A DNA stretch of 45,616 nt from an uncultured Anaerolineaceae bacterium (GTDB lineage: Bacteria > Chloroflexota > Anaerolineae > UBA4142): NCBI GenBank assembly GCA_964586085.1, contig CAZPIR010000001.1, positions 15,676 through 61,291 on the forward strand. The letters run 5' to 3'. Both the position numbers and the translations under genes were made by a program. The notes under the pieces were generated by a model, which saw nothing but the letters and a program-made list of their open reading frames with translations, was not told where the DNA came from and ran no database searches. Of this stretch, positions 42,348 to 45,616 are shown piece by piece; position 1 is the stretch's first letter, and every line of letters starts with the position of its first letter.

Positions 42348-43029
42348 ACCGGTCATCCTGGTCATCGAAGACGAGCAACCCATTCGCCGATTTCTGCGCG
42401 CGACGTTGACGAATCATGGCTATCGCGTGAGTGAAGCCGCGACCGGCAAAGATGGCATCGCGCTCGCGAGCACGCAATCGCCCGACCTGATCATTCTCGA
42501 CCTGGGTTTGCCGGATGTGGATGGCTTGGAAATCATCAAGCAACTGCGCGAGTGGTCGCGCACACCAATCATTATTCTTTCTGCGCGCGGACAAGAGAAC
42601 GACAAGATTGTTGCGCTCGATGCCGGCGCGGATGATTATTTGACCAAACCGTTTGGCGTCGGCGAATTGATTGCGCGCATTCGCGTGGGCTTGCGGCATT
42701 TTGCCAACGCCCATCCAGTGGACGAGCCAGTGTTTGCGGTGGGTGATTTGCGCGTGGATTTTCCACAACGCCAAGTGTTCGTCGGCGCAAACGAAATTCA
42801 TCTCACGCCGACCGAATACAAATTGTTGACCACGCTCGCGCGGTACGCGGGTAAGGTCGTCACACATCGCCAACTGCTCATTCAAGTGTGGGGCGCGGCG
42901 TACGCCGGCGAGACCCAAATTTTGCGTGTGCACATGGGGCAACTGCGCCACAAAATCGAAAATGATCCGGCACGCCCGCGTTACCTGGTGACTGAACTCG
43001 GCGTGGGCTATCGCCTCAAAGTAGATTGA
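42340..43029 (+). CDS. kdpE: OmpR-family response regulator KdpE
   Basis: 8-nt overlap with kdpD. VLVIEDE and DLIILDLGLPDVDG. Winged-helix region LTPTEYKLLTTLARYAGKVVTHRQLL and GVGYRL. Confidence 0.95.
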   Translation: MSEPVILVIEDEQPIRRFLRATLTNHGYRVSEAATGKDGIALASTQSPDLIILDLGLPDVDGLEIIKQLREWSRTPIIILSARGQENDKIVALDAGADDYLTKPFGVGELIARIRVGLRHFANAHPVDEPVFAVGDLRVDFPQRQVFVGANEIHLTPTEYKLLTTLARYAGKVVTHRQLLIQVWGAAYAGETQILRVHMGQLRHKIENDPARPRYLVTELGVGYRLKVD

Positions 43030-43054
43030 ACAAGCCAACCCGGAAAACAAAATG

Positions 43055-43089
43055 AACACGCGGCAGAATAATTCTGCCGCGTGTTTTTT
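43055..43089. terminator. Bidirectional intrinsic terminator
   Basis: AACACGCGGCAGAAT / ATTCTGCCGCGTGTT near-perfect palindrome followed by TTTT, between convergent genes. Confidence 0.85.
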
Positions 43090-43102
43090 GTTCTGCGTCA
43101 AG

Positions 43103-43801
43103 TTAGGCTCGCGCTGGTTCCAAGGTCAGGATGCGATAAAAGGTGAAAAAGATGACGGACAAGCCAGTGACCGCATAAAACACGATCATCACGGGCGAGG
43201 TGGTGTCGGTGCCTGCCAGCAAACCATGCACGGTGATGAACGAGTAGGCGATGAAGGTTGCATAGTGCAACGCGCGCCACACGGCGGGACCAATTTGTCG
43301 GCGCACGTAAAAACTGAACGTGACCGGCATCAGCAAATAGAATGCAACTTGACCCAGCCCCACCCAAACCGGCGAAAAGTTGGCGCTGGCAAACGGAATC
43401 AACAATTGAGACAAGGTGAAATTCATGTAATGGTCGCCGAGCAAAATTAGCACGTGAAAGAATGCAAAAGCGTAACCGAGCAAACTGGTGAACTGATGCA
43501 GGTCTACGGCAAGTGGACCACCAGGCCATACGCGCGCCATCCGATTCGTGATGAGCAAACCGAAAACGACCGACAGCCACAACAACGCATAGCCCACCAT
43601 CGCCGACGAGCGCGCCAAGTACCAAAACACCTGACCGTTCGTGCCCAGAATGGACGCCGCCATGCCGGGCAACCAACCGGGCAGAATCATCACAGCGAAC
43701 AATACGCCAATTACAATCGCCGCGAGCAGACCGAGCGCCGCCGGCAAGGACACGACTGGCGTCAGGTTTTCGAGGTCGGTCCCTGATTTCAAGTTATTCA
43801 T
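43103..43801 (-). CDS. Ferric-reductase-like (YedZ/MsrQ-type) transmembrane heme-binding protein
   Basis: Six hydrophobic helices with conserved His residues in helices (DLHQFTS, FFHVLILLG, ALHYATF, ITVHGLL). The family call is from pattern only. Confidence 0.55.
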   Translation of the reverse strand: MNNLKSGTDLENLTPVVSLPAALGLLAAIVIGVLFAVMILPGWLPGMAASILGTNGQVFWYLARSSAMVGYALLWLSVVFGLLITNRMARVWPGGPLAVDLHQFTSLLGYAFAFFHVLILLGDHYMNFTLSQLLIPFASANFSPVWVGLGQVAFYLLMPVTFSFYVRRQIGPAVWRALHYATFIAYSFITVHGLLAGTDTTSPVMIVFYAVTGLSVIFFTFYRILTLEPARA

Positions 43802-43810
43802 GGCACATCC

Positions 43811-44086
43811 TTAGCGCGACGAGCGCGTGCGCGTAACCGCGCGAAATTGTGGCGTCGTCGCATTGATTTGGGTCGCCGTTTGCGCTTGCTTGGAAGACTG
43901 CACGCTCACCGGCGCGGCTTGCACGACGGTCGTCGTGGTCGCCTGTATCGTCGGCACGTTGGCAAACTGATTCGCCGCGAGTATCCCCCACCCACCGAGC
44001 GTCATGCCGATCGAACTTGCCAGAATCAATGCTTTGATACCGTTTGCCGATTGTTTTTTTGCAGGTCGTGGTGTATTCGTATCCAT
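43811..44086 (-). CDS. Small membrane-anchored Thr/Gln/Ala-rich protein
   Basis: AAGGAG RBS and an ATG at 44086 (MDTNTPRP). One TM helix (IKALILASSIGMTLGGWGILAA). It ends 9 nt upstream of the ferric-reductase-like gene. Confidence 0.55.
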   Translation of the reverse strand: MDTNTPRPAKKQSANGIKALILASSIGMTLGGWGILAANQFANVPTIQATTTTVVQAAPVSVQSSKQAQTATQINATTPQFRAVTRTRSSR

Positions 44087-44265
44087 TGGTATGTGCTCCT
44101 TTTGCGTTTTCACGTTGACTGACTGACCACCAGAGTGTAACACGTCGCTCGCATTTTGTGGTTAAGGTTGTTTAATCGTTGTGTTAAGGTTTGATGATGG
44201 CGTGGGTTCGTCAACATTCCCAAAGCGTGCCCATCCCAGCCGGTTGACGGTCGCGGCTGGGCAAC

Positions 44266-44294
44266 TTGACGTGACACTCGCGCAAATCTATAAT
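44266..44294 (+). promoter_or_regulatory. Near-consensus sigma70 promoter
   Basis: TTGACG (44266-44271), 17-nt spacer, TATAAT (44289-44294). GGGAG RBS and an ATG at 44322. Confidence 0.75.
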
Positions 44295-44321
44295 GGGCGC
44301 ATTCTAAATCTGGGAGTTGCC

Positions 44322-45542
44322 ATGAACGGTTTTACCGAAGAGATCACGCTCGAAGGTCACATCATTGACTCGGGTATCTTGTCCCAGGTCTGGGGCACGG
44401 TGATGGACCTGGGCGGTGAATTTGATTTGCAAGACATTCGCGTGGGACGCACCAAATCCGAAACGTCATTCGCGCGCATGAAAATATCCGCCGACAGCGA
44501 AGAACAACTGCATCGTATTCTCGCCGCCGTGCAGGATGGCGGCGCCGTGCTCGTCTCGCGCGACGACGTGCAAACCATCAAGGTTACGCAGGACGGCGTT
44601 CTGCCGGACAATTTTTATTCGACCACACATTTGCCAACCCAGGTACGCCTGAACAATCAATGGGTGGATGTGACCGGCACTGAGATGGATTTGGTGATTG
44701 TCATTGATCGCACCGCAAACACCGCGCACATGGTGCCGATGGCGGACGTGCGCGTGGGCGATGCAGTCGTCGTCGGGCACGATGGCATTCGCGTTCTGCC
44801 GCCACAACGCGCGCGCGAACGCGAAGTGTTTGCATTCATGGGCAGTCAGGTCTCGTCGGAAAAGCCCAAGCAACTCGTCATCGAAGAAATTGCCAAGGCG
44901 ATGCGCGAGACGCGCGCGCACGGCGGCAAAATTCTCATCGTCGCCGGTCCCGCGATTGTGCACAGCGGCGCGGGTTCGTTCCTCGCGCGCATCATTCGCG
45001 CCGGGTACGTCCAGGTCTTGTTCGGCGGCAACGCGATTGCGGCGCACGATGTCGAGTCGGCACTGCTCGGCACGTCGCTCGGCGTGTCGCTCCGTAGCGG
45101 CGAAGCGATTGAGGGCGGGCATCGCCATCACATGGTCGCGATCAACGCGATTCGGCGCGCGGGTTCGCTTGCGGCGGCGGTCGAGCAAGGCATTTTGAAA
45201 CAAGGCATTATGTACGAGTGCATCAAAAACAAGGTCGAGTTTGTGCTCGCCGGCTCGATTCGCGACGACGGTCCGCTTCCCGATGTCATCACCGACACGC
45301 AAGAAGCACAACGCAAAATGCGCGCGGCAATCCAGGGCGTCGAGATGGCGTTGATGATCTCGACCATGTTGCACTCGATTGCGACCGGCAACATGTTGCC
45401 CGCGTCGGTCAAGGTCGCGGCGGTGGACATTAACCCGGCGGTCGTGACCAAGTTGGCAGATCGTGGCACGTTCCAGGCACTCGGCCTCGTGACCGACGCC
45501 GAATTGTTTATGCGCGAGTTGGCGGAAGCATTGCAAGTTTAA
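44322..45542 (+). CDS. LOR/SDH conserved-domain (TIGR00300-like) protein, ornithine-cyclodeaminase-like
   Basis: The start is set at MNGFTEEITLEGHIIDSGILS, downstream of the promoter. The overall 406-aa layout and the N-terminal ACT-like segment recall the family. The assignment is from memory only. Confidence 0.55.
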   Translation: MNGFTEEITLEGHIIDSGILSQVWGTVMDLGGEFDLQDIRVGRTKSETSFARMKISADSEEQLHRILAAVQDGGAVLVSRDDVQTIKVTQDGVLPDNFYSTTHLPTQVRLNNQWVDVTGTEMDLVIVIDRTANTAHMVPMADVRVGDAVVVGHDGIRVLPPQRAREREVFAFMGSQVSSEKPKQLVIEEIAKAMRETRAHGGKILIVAGPAIVHSGAGSFLARIIRAGYVQVLFGGNAIAAHDVESALLGTSLGVSLRSGEAIEGGHRHHMVAINAIRRAGSLAAAVEQGILKQGIMYECIKNKVEFVLAGSIRDDGPLPDVITDTQEAQRKMRAAIQGVEMALMISTMLHSIATGNMLPASVKVAAVDINPAVVTKLADRGTFQALGLVTDAELFMRELAEALQV

Positions 45543-45544
45543 GG

Positions 45545-45587
45545 TTTCCGGTTTTAGGTTAAAACACGCAACCTGAAGCCGGAAACT
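45545..45587 (+). terminator. Nested hairpin after the last gene, no clear T-run
   Basis: GTTTCCGG pairs with CCGGAAAC, enclosing an AGGTT / AACCT pair. An outer TTAAGG / CCTTAA pairing is also possible. It lies close to the window edge. Confidence 0.3.
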
Positions 45588-45616
45588 CTCTAACCTTAAC
45601 CCATGACCATCCTCGA

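Noticed and set aside
44466-45536. 356-aa minus-strand ORF
   Set aside because: It is antisense to the LOR/SDH-family gene, which has its own consensus promoter and RBS. Its composition is Arg/His-rich and it has no start context.
1-45616. Search for tRNA, rRNA, tmRNA, transposase, integrase or phage genes
   Set aside because: I found no T-loop (GGTTCGAATCC-like) or cloverleaf candidates in the intergenic regions. No DDE or tyrosine-recombinase motifs appear in any ORF of 60 aa or more. None can be supported from the sequence.

Overview
This is a 45.6-kb chromosomal segment from a moderately GC-rich bacterium. It shows sigma70-type -35/-10 boxes, GGAGG-type ribosome-binding sites, and GC-rich hairpin plus T-run terminators between convergent genes. 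I can support about 47 protein-coding genes, one of them disrupted. I found no rRNA, tRNA, CRISPR array, transposase or integrase. Gene order, left to right: (1) a NarL-type two-component pair, with the kinase cut by the window edge; (2) three oxidoreductases; (3) an accessory-looking block holding a ParA-like ATPase with a coupled membrane protein, a divergent NACHT/HEAT STAND NTPase with two coupled small membrane peptides, and an NYN-domain gene bracketed by inverted repeats; (4) a glycoside hydrolase, a solute-binding protein, a TPR lipoprotein and a DUF493 protein; (5) an AT-richer sulfotransferase gene interrupted by an in-frame TAG; (6) MarC; (7) a PLP-dehydratase/STAS/ankyrin operon behind a leader that contains a terminator; (8) xylulokinase plus a sugar-phosphate isomerase; (9) two GT4 glycosyltransferases; (10) the conserved rpsB-tsf-pyrH-frr-uppS-cdsA cluster; (11) a multi-TM/GAF-like/HTH membrane regulator; (12) a Gfo/Idh/MocA oxidoreductase; (13) a K+ homeostasis island with a KimA-like transporter, kdpFABC carrying two extra small membrane ORFs, and kdpDE; (14) a ferric-reductase-like membrane protein; (15) an LOR/SDH-family enzyme. 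The most notable observations are these. A collinear roughly 70-nt promoter with three ATCTTTAT direct repeats (start-to-start spacing 11 and 21 nt) sits upstream of both the KimA-like gene and the kdp operon. The kdp operon carries two unannotated small membrane ORFs. The NACHT-HEAT gene forms a three-gene module with two small membrane peptides. Strictly periodic 7- and 8-nt TAGTC/GACTA repeat arrays fill two operon-internal spacers. An intrinsic terminator with small leader ORFs lies in the 5' leader of a PLP-dependent dehydratase operon. All coordinates were counted by hand. All family assignments come from motif recognition, not database searches.
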